Positions 47,741 to 61,391 of a stretch of 64,000 nt of DNA are shown here, in pieces (within the stretch, counting starts at the first letter, position 1; the number at the start of each line of letters is the position of its first letter). The stretch is from Phoronis australis (Eukaryota; Animalia; Phoronida). The stretch spans positions 1,378,577-1,442,576 of the forward strand of contig NMRA01000037.1 in assembly GCA_002633005.1 (NCBI GenBank), in the 5' to 3' direction. The notes under the pieces were generated by a model. That model saw nothing but the letters and a program-made list of their open reading frames with translations, was not told the origin of the DNA and did no database searches. Made by a program: the position numbers and the translations under genes.

Positions 47741-50700
47741 ATACAAGTCTACGAAAATGATTGTTAACGACGCAACACTCTATACCCATCACAACTAGCT
47801 CGCAACTGAGTGTGCTTTGTTTACCATGCAGTGGCAGCCCGACCATGTCAAAGTACAGCACATCATGCAGTCGTTACTTTAAGTTCTGTGACGCGGCCAC
47901 AGTCGTTACTTTAAGTTCTGTGAGGCGGCCTCCTGACCAAACATAGTTTTCAATTTTATTTTCCGGTACTTAGATCAAGGGAGGAAATATTTTCACCACT
48001 GTTTCCACTCCAGACTCAGAAAACTAAGAAATTCATCGACGACACACAGCTGGACGCCACTTTTAATTTACTAATGTTTCAAATTCTACATTCCCGGATG
48101 AATTGTTTCTAAGTTTCTGACGAAATTTTAATGTTACTGAATTGTTGATTGTTTTAAATTGTATGCTTCACAAACTGATTTTTTTACCAATTTATTATGA
48201 AATAAAGCCTTACTAGTTATTCAACATTGTGACTTAATTGTAAAAAATGCTGTCGCTTAACCGGCGCGGGCACATATATAGTGTTATATAACGTGAAGCA
48301 TAAGCACCCGGCAACAAGATACCGCAGTGATGCAAGAGTGTTCGTATATATGTGAAAAAATGGTTATCCCACATAGGAATACTACGGAGATATCCTGTCT
48401 CGAACTTTTGTCAATCAATTCTCGATAAGATATGGTAGTAGCGTTCCTTTGTATGCGGGGTAATCTACATGTATGTCTTCAGCAATTACAGCTTGCAAAA
48501 ACTGACGGTGTATACAAAGCCACCAGACAATGACAGGACGTCGGTGCATGTAAAAATATGCCAATCTATTAATAGACGAAGAAATCGGCGGAGAGAAGCA
48601 CTCATAGGTCGAATAACAACCAGGAAAATAGAAAGTGTCCACTGTAATATCAGGTCATATAGACCTCGGGCGAGGAATGTTGCCCCATGACCTGATGTCG
48701 CCTTTCGGCATTAATTGGTCTATGTTTGCACAATTAATTAACAATTTAGTGACATAAAAATTATGAATTGATGTATTGTATAAACGTTGGGAGCGCATGT
48801 GGGTAGGCCTACTTGCTGCACTCTTCGTGATATTGTGTTCTATTTGTAAGATTATTTTTTATTTTTATTTTTATTTTCATTAGACCTGTGATTGGATTTC
48901 AGGGTTCTCTTTCACAAAAAGTGGCATTAAAAGAACTGAGGTACACATTGTACGTTTCATGAAAAGTGACTAAAGACTGGATTCTGAAATTTGTTCTCCA
49001 CACATCTCACCTGAGAAAATTGTTCGTTACAGTTTATGCTACATGACGTCATCTCCGACTTTTGACTAACCCAATTTGGTCAGCAACGTGTTAAAAAACA
49101 GTGGAAACTTATCTTTTCTCATCACTGGTCCTTCTTTGTTTTGTTACTTGGAACATAAACGGGCTGTTGTACAAGAGCCACTTGACACCCGGCTTCGTAA
49201 TCTGTACGATGTGGGCCACTGTGAACTGAATATTGTACCAGAACTGAATTTTATTGCACTACTGTGAACGAATAACATGATGAGCTAAGTGGCACTCTAC
49301 TGCATACTGTTGAAATAAAACATATGTTTGTGTTTTCATCTCTGAGAATATACTCATTAAGATCGCTAGTTCCTGGGATAATTTCTATAACTTACTTCTA
49401 GACTGTTATACGCGCTCATAATTACTTTACCCAACCCTTCTAAACAATTGGGAAATGGAAGCTTATGACTGTCTTAAGTCTTCAGTCACTTTCATGAAAC
49501 ATCTTTTAGACTTCGTATTTATACTGATCGTCAGTGAGTTAATTTGAAGCCCCTTTGTTCCGCCGAAACCAATGTGATAACACCGGATGTGCATTGACAC
49601 AGGCCGAAATGCTGTTCCTCTCGTATGACTCCTAAAAATTAAACCTAAACACAACCTGTTGGGTCTGTTTTTCTACGTGCCTATTTTATTTTAACTTTTC
49701 ACCTCAACCGATGTCGGATATCTACCTACGAATGAGCCTAATGCTCACTTTTTATCTTTTGCATTTTTCGAAACGTTTTGTCCTCTGTTCGTTGGAGCAG
49801 GCCATGGATTTCTGTTTTAGAAAGCCTTTCTGACTTTCAGCTGATTTTAGTGAAACAGGCTAAAACATTTTGTAGACTTATTTTATCCGAAAGTTAAAAT
49901 AAAAAGTCAATAGGCTCTTCGAGAAATAGGCCTTTGGTCTCGGCTGGATTGGGCCCACTACGCGCTGTCACCAACTTTTTCATGTAACCTGAAATAGTGC
50001 GAATTATAACAGAAATCAATCTCGATATCCCAAAACATTTTATTATCATGACTTGTCAAGTGTTGACTTTTCTCTGAAATGGAAAAGGTTCTTTGCGACG
50101 CGCAGTAGATCAGACTTTTGTCCTGCGACCCAACACTGTTTAAATTGTGACGTTATTTGCATGAAAGCAACGGTCGTTTTCCACATCTTGTTCAGGCTAT
50201 GGTTGGTGTATGCAGATGGAAAACCAAATTCACAATGCGGGCAATTATGTGCCATACGAACATGTATCAGTTTCCAGTAAACTTGTGAACAGAGGATCCG
50301 ACGAATTTATCATTCAATGTACATGTATATACCGCGTTATGTTAATCGTCACTGCTCACACGGTTACAACACTTACAAATGTAGGGGTAACGTCGTCAAA
50401 CTTCGATATTTTGTTTGACAATACGTCAGCTAGCAAAATACTGACTAATTTGTTCATGTTGGAATGCTTTTCAATATCGCACGGTAGATTTGTTGATGTG
50501 AAATCCTCTGAATGCAAATGTAGTTTGAATGTGAACAACAAGCGACTTCGTTTTGTTTTGTCGCCTTTGTGTACGAGATGTATTCAACCGGAGAAGCTTT
50601 GCTGTCATTTTATGTAGGCACATTTTGCGCATTGTTCGGGAGTAAAAATAACTGCCAGGCCCTTTGTATACATGTAGCTACAGCCAAAAAGGGGACTGTA

Positions 50701-52321
50701 CTAAAAATAAGGCACCAGTTAACCAGTTCTAACATACAAATAAATCTCATATTTGGTTTAGTTGCGCACTAAACAAAACATTTCTTTTCAAAAGACTGAA
50801 TTCGTGACTGAGATCGGTGATTGGCTGATACTGTTGTATCAGTGGCATGTCTGATGGGACCTCGACTGTTTATCAAGTATTGGTGGGCCATATTGTGAAG
50901 AGCTTACATCGTTCTTATTTTTTACTGTTTGGCACAGTGCTGTAAAAACTTCGCCGTGCCTTTTTGTATGGCTCTTGGTCATTGCAATACCATCGGTTGC
51001 CCTAGCCTTGGCTCAAAGCTGTATACTAAATATACAGGGTTGCGCCAATGTGGGCAAAAAATGGACAAATAAAATCTGACTCTAAATGAGTGTCATTAAA
51101 ACTACTCTCTTCCTTGAGTAAACTAACTTATTTACCGGCGTTGGAAATGTTAGCGTTCTGTCGTTAATCAACTAGTGTTAAAATTGTTATTATGCGTTCT
51201 TTTGAGTCGGTTTTGGCGATTCCGTCATCTGGCCTTTACCAGTTCCTTTTCCCACCGATTCTTTTATCAGCTGTTCCTCTGCACAACAAATTATCGGAAC
51301 TCGTTTCATTTCGTTACAAGTTTTTAGTATTTTATACCAGCAAACCGAATTAGACTAAACCTTGCTGCTGCGAAGGTGTCATCATCTCCCGAAAGACATC
51401 GCAAAATTTTTGGAAATGGTGCGTGCACCGTGTCACGAGCGTGCTGTTTTGAAAACGGGTGACACGCTTTTCTTTGTTACAAAAGGCGGGGAATTATGCT
51501 AGAAAACGACGTTTGTTTTATTGTTTAAACGGCTGCAACGAACAAGGTGAGTGTCGGTTGACAACCAGATTTTGCATGCACCCCCGCCGGTGCGTTAGCT
51601 CTACATGAAAGTTTCACGACGAGAAGACGAGCCCCGAAATTTCACACAGACCGTTGACTACCCGGGAGTAATATCGTTGGCTAAATTGGTGAGGTTTACG
51701 TGCGTAAATCAGTTTTTGTTAGCGGCGTCAATTAATTATTTACGTGAGTAAATTACGCACGTATATTAACTTTATGCCACATACGCCTTGGTAACGACGC
51801 CGTGCAATAACTCAAAGAGTTTGTAAAGTCAAGTGACGCCATAAAAATAGCCTCCTCCACGTGATCAAAACAGGACTACTTTCCATCGCTGGAATTCCAA
51901 AGTTTCAATCTGACCAACCACGGTCGATTTTTGCACACAAAAACTAGCTAAACGAGCACCTATTTTGGGAGATATTTGAGGAATTTTAAGGGAAATAGCG
52001 ATTTTTGGTTTCCCGCCACATGATGTCATCAGTGTTAGACGTTGATCAGTTGACAGTAGGCTATATGCAATGGCGGGTACTGGTGATTTTGTAAGTTATG
52101 AAGACTTACAGAGCGAGCTCGACCAGCATTATGAAGACATGGATGGGGATGAAGACGACAGGCCATATGTATCGACAGACTTTGCTTTGTTTAAGGCCGC
52201 ACAAACTCGACCCTCCCTCACCGGCGCACAATTTGATGTTGAGGCTTATACTCAATATGTGCTTGACAACTACGTCCCCAGCAATGATACTAAACAATAC
52301 ACCTTTTCTCCATCAAATGCA

Positions 52322-52560
52322 CTAACACGTTGGAGAAACCTTCGTCAAATACCCGTTTCTTCGACTGACGAAGCACGATTCTCCATAATGGGCTGAACAC
52401 AGCCTCGCCTCTGAAGTTTTGCTTGCTCGCACTGTCCGACTCACGTATCTATGCCATTTCTGGGCGATATTACGGTCTTTTGGATATCCGAAAACTGAAA
52501 TATTGTGTATGATCATAGATTATAGACAACAGATTCGCAACTCCGACTTTTACTAACGTG
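52322..52560 (-). pseudogene. THAP zinc-finger remnant, probably transposon-derived
   Basis: ISVFGYPKDRNIAQKW..V..ARLCSAHY.ESCF fits THAP F-P..W..C-x2-H. The N-terminal cysteines are disrupted and the element ends were not found. Confidence 0.7.
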
Positions 52561-52827
52561 CTACCCAAGAGGCGCCACCACTTTCCTAAATTATCTGGTG
52601 CAGTTTCCGGTTGGTTAGTGTATTTTGACAGGAACGAAATTCTCGCATCTACTTAACTGTCCACCTCAACGAAAAAATAACAATCTCGGCTTTGAAACGC
52701 TGTTCAAAGTCTTCCAATAATAGAAGTGTTAGTAATGTGAGCACTTTTGACAATGCTACTAGTAATTGATAGCAAAATTCAAAACTTCGGTGCCGACTAA
52801 TTATGTCGCCTGTTTGCACAATATTAG

Positions 52828-55475
52828 CAAGGGGTGTACTAGTACAGGAGAGTTCACTCCGCCATTTTACCATTCGCCACAATGGTTACCGGTCGAAACA
52901 CTAGCGCCCCAAGCAGTGAATAATCAACACTTAGGAGGGCAGTCCGAACAATGTAAACACTGATAAATTCATACTTCAATGACATTCAACGTGCAATAAA
53001 ATTACTGTGTGATTGAAAATGGTTAAAATACATAAACTAACATCCACTTACAATAGAATGAGAAAGAAAATGTGTATTTTAATCAATATTAAAGTGTATT
53101 TGTTTTTATTCTCTTGAAGCTCCCTTCAAAATCCATTATGATTTTGTTTCATGTTTGAGTTCTTAACACGGTAATTATCGTTCCTTATAACAGTTGATAC
53201 CTCCATGGATTACATAATTTGAATGATTGCTCCTGGGGGTTCAGAGAGGAATTGCCCCCAGGTGCCAGCTAAGGGGGTACCAGGCAAAACCAGCTGGGCG
53301 CCAAATGGGTGTTGACCCCCTCGCAGGGGGGTTATGGGAGGAGTGCTAAACAGGTAAAAACCAATGGGTATGTATGCCACATCGGTGTTGAGCCCCTCCC
53401 ATCATCACACATTTTGGTTGCTCCCCTGACCATTGACAAACATGTTGCTCCCAGCTCACTGCTGGTTTCATCTCCACCCAACAATTTCGCATGTGTTCCC
53501 TGGTATTCAATGCACCAGGCTACTAGCAATGCAGACAATTGTTTTGTGCAGTGGGTGTTACACAAGTGAGAAGAAGAAAGCAAGACAATTCATCAATACC
53601 ACAAAATTGTAATACAATTTTAAGACATTCCATTATTTCTTAGACATGCCAGTATAGGGTTCAATTCCACTCTCCCACTCACCAACAGTTACAAGTTACT
53701 TGCTAATCTGTAGAATATCTCCCAACTTACCAAATGAAGTGACATTGAGTATATCATCACTCATAACTAGTCAGAGTTCTAAATATCATGACAAAAAATT
53801 AAGAGGTACTGAACAGCAATCAAAATATTCACTACCCACATAGCTTTATACAAAAATGAATTAAAAAGACTTGGATGATAAAACCAAAATTTTATTTTAT
53901 ATACCCACTGTTCCTATTAGTAAATATTTCAGGTAAGTTAAAGCCAGACCACAAGATCATATCTGACACCTAGGCACAACTGGGGCTTAAATTAATTATA
54001 ATCTCCAAAAACGTACAAAATAGGCAACACATGCACCAACCAATACAACAAGAAAATCTGACCAACCTTGTCACTCTCTATTAATTCACTAGTAAACAAC
54101 AGCACTTTTCGCCAAAGAAATGTGTTATAAATAAAGCTGAAAACTAATTTACTCAGAGAAATGTTTATCATCGAGAAGCAAAATGATACTGATAGCTTGG
54201 GTTTAACAAAATTTCAGCCCACCACTCAGACTCTGAAATGATCCATCAGTTTCATTTGGGCTCTCTCCAAATCACAGGCTAACCATTCATAAAATGTTTC
54301 AATCCGATCAACCTTAGTAAAATAAGAAAACTAGATTTTGACTAATTGTCCTTTCTACACGTGATGTTCCAGTACTTGCTTTGTGAGACGATAATCAGAA
54401 ATGCAAAAAAGCCTATTCCAGAGCTGTAATATAATTTCCGGAGAACTTTTTGATCCTGACATCTTCATTTTTGGTGGATTCGGGACATCAAATATTGTTC
54501 GGGCACTGCAGTCAATACCAGCTTGTTCTGCATTCATGAACATGGACTCCTCGAAGTGATGAGAGCATAACTTGCAGTTCTTGGACAAATAGGCTGCATA
54601 TCTATTCATAAAGTCAGCTCCCAGCGCTCGCACCTGAACAGAAATCAATGACTGAGAGACTCAGGAACAAACCTCATACTCACTAGGTTCACAGAAGACT
54701 GGTACACTACACTACATAATTCCTGTCGTACAGTGATTGTGATAGAGACAAAAGCGTTTTGGTGTCAACTGAAAAAAACTTGGACTCAAATGTTGATCCA
54801 CGAATATTTTAACAGGGCCGCGCCTCCGCATCATTGACACATAGAATTAAGTTTTTAATGACGCACTACATTAAAATTATGTTGATTTTTTCACGTTTTC
54901 ACCGAGACCCACAGATTCTCTAACTTGACTCATGACAGACTTGTGCCCCTGTGGCCGTGATTGTGCCATGGCCGTGTCACCACTGAGTCATATTACCCAT
55001 GGCCATGGGCATGGGTATGTTTTCCTAAAATTATCCCTGCGATCGTATGGGTGACATTTTGATTTGGAATTCATGGACTGCAAGTATCCAAAAAGCTGAC
55101 GATCATATCGTACGTTCCTTCCGCCGGCAGCCCGGCTGTACAGTAGGCCTAGCCTACACTGCAGACAACAGTGGCAACGGGACTGCGATCGACTTGTCTA
55201 ACAACAGTGAACAGAACACACAAAATGAAAGGCAGTGTATCATATTATTGAATAACAGATAATTCTTACCTTTCTGGATCCCTAGGAAACCTAAAAATGA
55301 CACGTCTGAGGTTTTTGTGGATAAATTCATGCAATTTATCGCACTGCAAAATGCGTCCTTCCCCATTGTTTTGGCGCTTCCTGGTTGACAGTTGCTTAGT
55401 CACCACTTGGCGGCGCTAGTAGTAGCGGTAACAGCGAACTCACAAGTGAACTCTTCTACACTACTACACTCCTTG
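52828..55475 (-). mobile_element. Non-autonomous P-superfamily element (30-bp TIRs, 7-bp TSD) with a spliced THAP remnant
   Basis: ATATTAG-[CAAGGGGTGTACTAGTACAGGAGAGTTCAC ... GTGAACTCTTCTACACTACTACACTCCTTG]-ATATTAG. CA..TG ends, a 7-8 bp TSD and a THAP domain are P-superfamily hallmarks. Confidence 0.85.
54440..55366 (-). pseudogene. Two-exon THAP domain (exon 1 55366-55270, exon 2 from 54633), frameshifted
   Basis: MGKDAFCSAINC..TSDVSF/RFPRDPER, then GTAAG...TTCAG, then CERW/ADFMNRYAAYLSKNCKLCSHHFEESMF..TIFDVPNPP. Confidence 0.8.
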
Positions 55476-57509
55476 ATATTAGCATCATAGTTATCGGACA
55501 GTTTGTCATTTTCACGAAAGACGTCGCTCTAGTCGGTTTGTGATATATGGTTCACTTAGGCCTACTGAGAAAACTACGAAAGCATGTTTGTGCACAAATT
55601 CCAAGGAGTACCTGTGAATGCAAAAGATACTTATACAACGTTTTTGGTTTAGAAAAATATTAATTTTGTTCGAATTAAAAAATGCGCCTCTGCAACAATT
55701 TGACTAGTTTAACCTTTGCATGTGTATAATTCAACATTCTCAAGTGAACAGTTCTTCTGGGAAGCGTTGATTGTACTGTGCATGAGCCTTAGGTATAGCG
55801 TGAAATGGTTCTTAAAAGAACCGTTGAATAATTCAACATAAATCACACAGTATACCGTGCTCACTCAAGTACTGAAGGTCCTCTTCATTTAAGTTTTCAT
55901 CAGGGAAGGTTGAATGGAAACAGACTGAGGAGATGACAATATCGATGACAGCTGTAACACCTTATGTTACCTTTCTGCAACATTATCACGGACCCTGCCT
56001 CTTTCAGTTCTTGTTCCTGGATTCAGAAGTAACCTTGAACCGTAGGGAAAAAAGACATACAACAAAACGAATATAATTTCGAAAATCATCGCCTTCGTAC
56101 GATTACGTGTTGCTGTCGCCAGACCGATGTTCCTCCCCAACATCAATGTCGAAAATCGACGTTACGAGTGATGGAAACTTGGGTCCTTTGTTTCTAACTT
56201 TTAACCCATTTTTTAAGAAAGGGGTGTACTGATTTTGTCAAATGTTGATAGAGAATAACTTTTGGTTTTTACAATGCATTAATTGTGTCGAATGCATTCA
56301 TATTAAGTGGCTTCATTGAGTTGAACAGAAAATAAATTTAATATAACACAATAAAGTTTTGAAAATGAATAGAGCAGTAACATGACTCCCTATGCATCGA
56401 GCTGTTTTCGAAAACTTTGCGCCATTGGTGATCTGATTTGTTCATGGATTTACGGCGGGAAAAAATAGACCAAGTATCGTGCACGCGTGCACTGTAGCAA
56501 CACTTTGTATCTTATTGTAATTTGGCCAATCTGTTGATACAGTAAATTTCCTTATTTGAGCCCATCCTGATTTGACCGCAACTTGAGCTTGTTGGGTTCT
56601 ATCATATATTGGGTTGGCATTGGGACCCACATGGTGCTTACTCGAATGGGCTTCATTTTACCAACTATTTAAAATTGTGTAGGTGAGATTAATAAACAAA
56701 GTGGGTGATTATCATCACCGGAACTTCATCATTTAGTATCTTTTGCCGGGTGCTCAAATTTTCTGAGACTAGGGATTGTCAGAATTGTAGGGTAGAAGTG
56801 ATTCGCTGGATTTTCAGGTCTGTGGGGCTATTTATACCGGACCAAATTATAAAAAACGAGACCTTTGTTTAAATCAGGAGCTGCATGATACACGTTTTAC
56901 CAGACGTGCGCAGGCAGCGCATGTGGGCCCATTGGTAAATTCTAGCTTACGATTTCACCTGTTTCGGAGACCGGGTTTCAACCACTTTTGGGCTATAATA
57001 AGCGTACCCTTTCCTGAAGCGGATTTTTCTAAGCGCCCTGGCCGCTTATTAGGGCGAATACGATAATATTTCAGAAGGGCAATACTTAGTATCCTTTATG
57101 CACGGGACCCTTTTGTTACATTAGGAGTGGGATTGGTTCATTATGTACCCTACAAATGGCATAGGACTTTACAAAACTGGTTGAAGAATTTTGTTTTCGT
57201 CATTTAAACGTTCGTTTGAAAGGCTTAAGTTTGGAAATGTTAGAACTTAAAGCGGAAATTTAAAAACCATTTGTCCGCTTGCAAAATTTTACATTGAAGA
57301 AATGTATAAAGTCTTATTGCTGAAACAACTGCCATTCACGTTGACACAAGAAATAAGCTTTTCTTCCTACAGCCGGTTATGGGGTCTTCGGATGGTATGG
57401 AAACTACCGCCTTTGCATTTCGCCTGTGTGGCCGAACAACCGGCCGCACAGCAGCCGACCATGATTAGCAGACGACGTACTTGCCGGAAATTACACCAGA
57501 TAATTTAGC

Positions 57510-57665
57510 CAGCCTCCCGTTCAGTAACGCTAGGACCTCGCTAAAAAGTAAGACTTCACGAGATTACGTGAGAGATTGCCGTGTATTTTAAGTGAGAACA
57601 CGTGACTTAAGTAAGATTTTAGCTAGGTCCTAGCGTCGGTCCAAGCATTACTGAACGCACACCAG
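57510..57665. mobile_element. Small Harbinger-type MITE
   Basis: CGTTCAGTAACGCTAGGACCT..GCTAAAA and TTTTAGCTAGGTCCTAGCG..TTACTGAACG. Related ends at ~8105-8148 and ~34130-34180. Confidence 0.65.
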
Positions 57666-57690
57666 GTGTCGCCGGTGAATAATGACTTAA

Positions 57691-58983
57691 AGGCGAAGGC
57701 AACATTTTTTCATGTCATTTTTAGCAAAAATAGGGTTTGCTGATTATCCCAGACACATTTTCGCTTATTTACAGCTTTTTGTAATTTAAGTAATTACTCG
57801 TCGTCTACTCCGGAAGTGACGTTTTGGGAGGGAAGAATTTCGCGTCAATTTCTTTTCATATAGTCTGACTGTGAGAGCAGTCGAGTCAGTCATTGTTCTA
57901 CCTCGGTTGTGATAAGTTCGGTCGTCTTTTGCTTTTGTTTACGAGTCAGTCAACAGGCCACGCTGTTGCTGCCTACCGAGAAGTACTCATTATCGTCTCA
58001 CGTACACAGGAAGAACTCCCCATTTGCCCGAGTGTCCCGCGACACTCTCCCAGTGGATGGTGACTTGAGCACCCAAACTGCTTACATGCCCTCGTGCGAC
58101 TCCCTCGTCAAACACGTGGCACCTTCTAAATAGCTCCAATACAAGTCCACAATAAACTTATCAAACTTAGGCTCACCGATCTGTTCGTTGGATGACGAAC
58201 TGTCCTTTTCACTGGGTGTCAAACTGAGCCTGTATTCATTCCCACTACTCAACATCATTGCAGGGCTGCTTATAGGTTCTGGGCTAGAGACAACAGCACA
58301 CGGGGAATCACTGCTAGTTCCTGGAATTGCACGCTATGGGGTACGTTCGGAGGCATGGGTGACAGTAGATGAAGTGCCTCCAGTCACTGTTTATAGTGGC
58401 CACAGCTCGCAAGGCTTCTCGCTTCAAAAACGCACTTCTCGGGGGTGGCGACGGGGCACTGCCGAGAATCAACAGCGACGGTATGGACCCTTCTTCAGGC
58501 GTTCATCAATTCAGCGTCCATATCTCTGTCGTAATCTGACGGCTGAAAATGCTTGCCACTGCTTTATACGTTGCGTGAACGAGTAGCGCTGCGTTCTTTA
58601 CAAAAACGAGCTAGCCAAGTACGGCAAGGTGTGTCATCCTTCGGAAAGCGATGCAAGGTACCCAAAGCGCGCCTGAGACGATAATGAGTACATCCTGGTA
58701 CAAAGCAACAGTGCGGCATGTTGACTGACTCGTAAACAAAAGCAAACGACTACCGAACTCATCATATACGAGGTAGAACAATGACTGACTTGACAGCTCT
58801 CACAGTCTGACTGTATGAGAAGAAATTGGCGCGAAATTCTTGCCTCCTAAAACGTCACTTCCGGAGTAAAAGACGAGAAATTTATCAAATTACGAAAAGC
58901 TGTAATTAATTGAAAAATATGTTTGGGATAATCAACAGACTTTATTTTTGCTAAAAGTGACATGAAAAAGGTTGCCTTCGCCT
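57691..58983 (-). mobile_element. Kolobok-like non-autonomous element (~280-bp TIRs, TTAA/ATAA flanks) with a THAP remnant
   Basis: TTAA-AGGCGAAGGCAAC...GTTGCCTTCGCCT-ATAA. Minus strand from ATG 58719 reads MPHCCFVPGC..LHRFPKDD..RTWL..*..KHF..DYDRD..ELM/RLKKG..PPPRSAFLKRE. Confidence 0.88.
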
Positions 58984-59759
58984 ATAAAATATAACACCAA
59001 AATTGTTGGTAACCGAATTCAAGCATTTAGGACCACGGCCGGGCGTGAAGGGTTTAATCTTATTTTACGTTAAATTTACAATACATTTCAGAAACTGAAC
59101 AAACAGAATTCACTGGATAGCATATGGTAATTAAAATTGCAAAATCTCCTCACAATGAACGGACATTTTGCCACTAGGCCTTCGATGTCACTCCTTCCTC
59201 AAGCTCACGCCTTCACGACAGCTTGTAAACAAAGCCGGTGAAACTGGTTATTGTAAACTGCATTATTTTGTGGTGTAAAAAAAAACAATAGTACTGTCCA
59301 ATTAAACTCAATCAAAAACCGTTGTTTATCACAGTATCGATAAATCAACAGGATTTGTCTCCAATCCGGGATCGAAGCGGAAATCAAGAACGCAACAAAG
59401 TAGGTCATTTTAGTCATTGCAATATTACGAATGATGGCGATTAGCTGAAATTCGGTGACAATAAACAAAATCCGTAAAATACACACAAACCAGGGAAACA
59501 GATGCTTAGAATACAATCTCAAAATTAATATTGTCTACTCACCTGCCAATCCACGAAAATAAAAGCTAGTAGCTCTTCAGTGTTCTCATATCCCTACGCG
59601 TACAGGCCAAAGGGGAAGAAATTTAGTCTCGGCGAAGAAATGGGGGTTAGATCTTAAGTATGTTCAGTCGATTGAAAATATTCACACGGCGCAGCAACCG
59701 AGGGTAATTACACACCCATATAAAACACGTGTAGTTTAACATTATATTTAATTTTTGCA

Positions 59760-59900
59760 GCGAATAATTTCTTTACGCCGGAAATAATTACATTATGCCG
59801 TTTTAAGTTACTCTACTTCGCAAATAGTTACCCACGCCGAAAATAATAACCTTACGCCGCAAATAATTACTCATTACGCCGTTAATAATTACTGTACATC
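59760..59900. repeat. Degenerate ~20-24-bp tandem units (TTACGCCG-AAATAATTAC), subterminal-repeat-like
   Basis: About six imperfect units visible. Confidence 0.6.
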
Positions 59901-61220
59901 ACTAACAAGAATAATTTTCGCACGTACTTTACGTGCGTAACATTCATTCATTTGACCAACGATACTATGACACGTTTGTCGTTCTCACTGCCCGTTCCGC
60001 TCTTGTGGGAAATTCGGAGATTATCATTCCGGCTTATACACTTGTTAGCTAAGGTGTACACTCGTGAACTAAAATGGCAATAACAACGAACGTTCGGCAC
60101 ATTTGATTGAGTAGTCACAATTAAAACCGACGTTAAAGAAATCAAGATGTCAACTTAAAAGCCTCCAAAAACCATAACCAACACGGCTAAATCGCTAAAT
60201 CTCGATCAAGCAGATTCGCAGTCACCAAGAGGCACGATGGCACTAGTGTACTAGTACAATCATAGACTAGACTGATATTTATGGTGCAGCAAGTGTTACA
60301 ACTACATAGTCATGAAACAGTGCTACTTGAGAATATTGGGAACATGTACTATGTTGCATACACACACAGTTGAGTGCTAAATCGGCTGAGGTGCACTAGT
60401 GATTCGGCTAAAGTGGGTTATGGTTTTTGAGTTCGGAATTATACGACAACTTTCTCAATTGCTTCGTGAGCAAACAGCAGGAAGTATGAATGTCTCCATC
60501 TTTGGTATTTATGTTTTCAGCAACATTTCAACCATTTCAGTAAAATAAGTAACTTATGCCAACATTGATTGCTTAGTAGGATTTCTACCGTGGCTATAAT
60601 AGGTAAATTGCATCAGTTTTAATGAAACCACAGGCAAAGTTCATTACATAACCACACACCTCTAAAAACAAAATTCACTAAAACTTCTTGAGCAAAATAT
60701 CAGTGAAAACACATTTCGTCGCAAAGCATAAATAATTGAGAGGTGTCTCAAGTTCTCAAGTACTTTTGATTACATCTTTGTATACCGTGTAGTAAAATAT
60801 TTTAATTGACCAAAATAAGCAATTTAAGGGTACAATTTAAACTCCTACAATAATTGGGTAAATGTTGAGCAGTGTTCACTTTTTGACCTCTTGCACGTCT
60901 TGATTAACATTGAACAAGACAACCTCGTGCTCCACATTACTTATATTTCCAAGGAGATCACTGAAACCGTTTTAAAAATGTTTATGCTGATTGCAAATGA
61001 ATGTTTGCTGCAACGCGGAGAAGGGCAGCCGGATATCCGAGAGGAAATTTGTTGTTAGACGAGTGGGCCAGAGTTCAACGAGGTTCACCTTATTTGCTGA
61101 CCTGTCCTTTCTGCGGCCCTGTGGTGTGCCCTGATTGTGATGTGAGGTGAGTATCTCTGATGTAAAACGATTAAAAGCAATCATGCATAGAGATCTGACT
61201 TTGTATTACCATTCTCTTCT

Positions 61221-61391
61221 GATTTTTTTACTCGAAAACTACTCAATCGATTTTCTGAACTTTAAAACGATATGATTTATGATTTTTTACTCGAAAACTA
61301 CTCAATCGATTTTCAGAACTTTAAAACGATATGATTTATGATTTTTTACTCGAAAACTACTCAATCGATTTTCCGAATTTTAAAACGATAT
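61221..61391. repeat. Three near-identical 59-60-bp tandem units
   Basis: GATTTTTTACTCGAAAACTACTCAATCGATTTTC.GAA.TTTAAAACGATAT starts at 61221, 61281 and 61340. Confidence 0.92.

Noticed and set aside
49440-51400. Short ORFs suggesting a decayed gene
   Set aside because: No recognisable motif in the frames I could translate by eye.
52070-52396. 108-aa acidic plus-strand ORF
   Set aside because: No recognisable domain. It overlaps the antisense THAP relic and is probably transposon interior.
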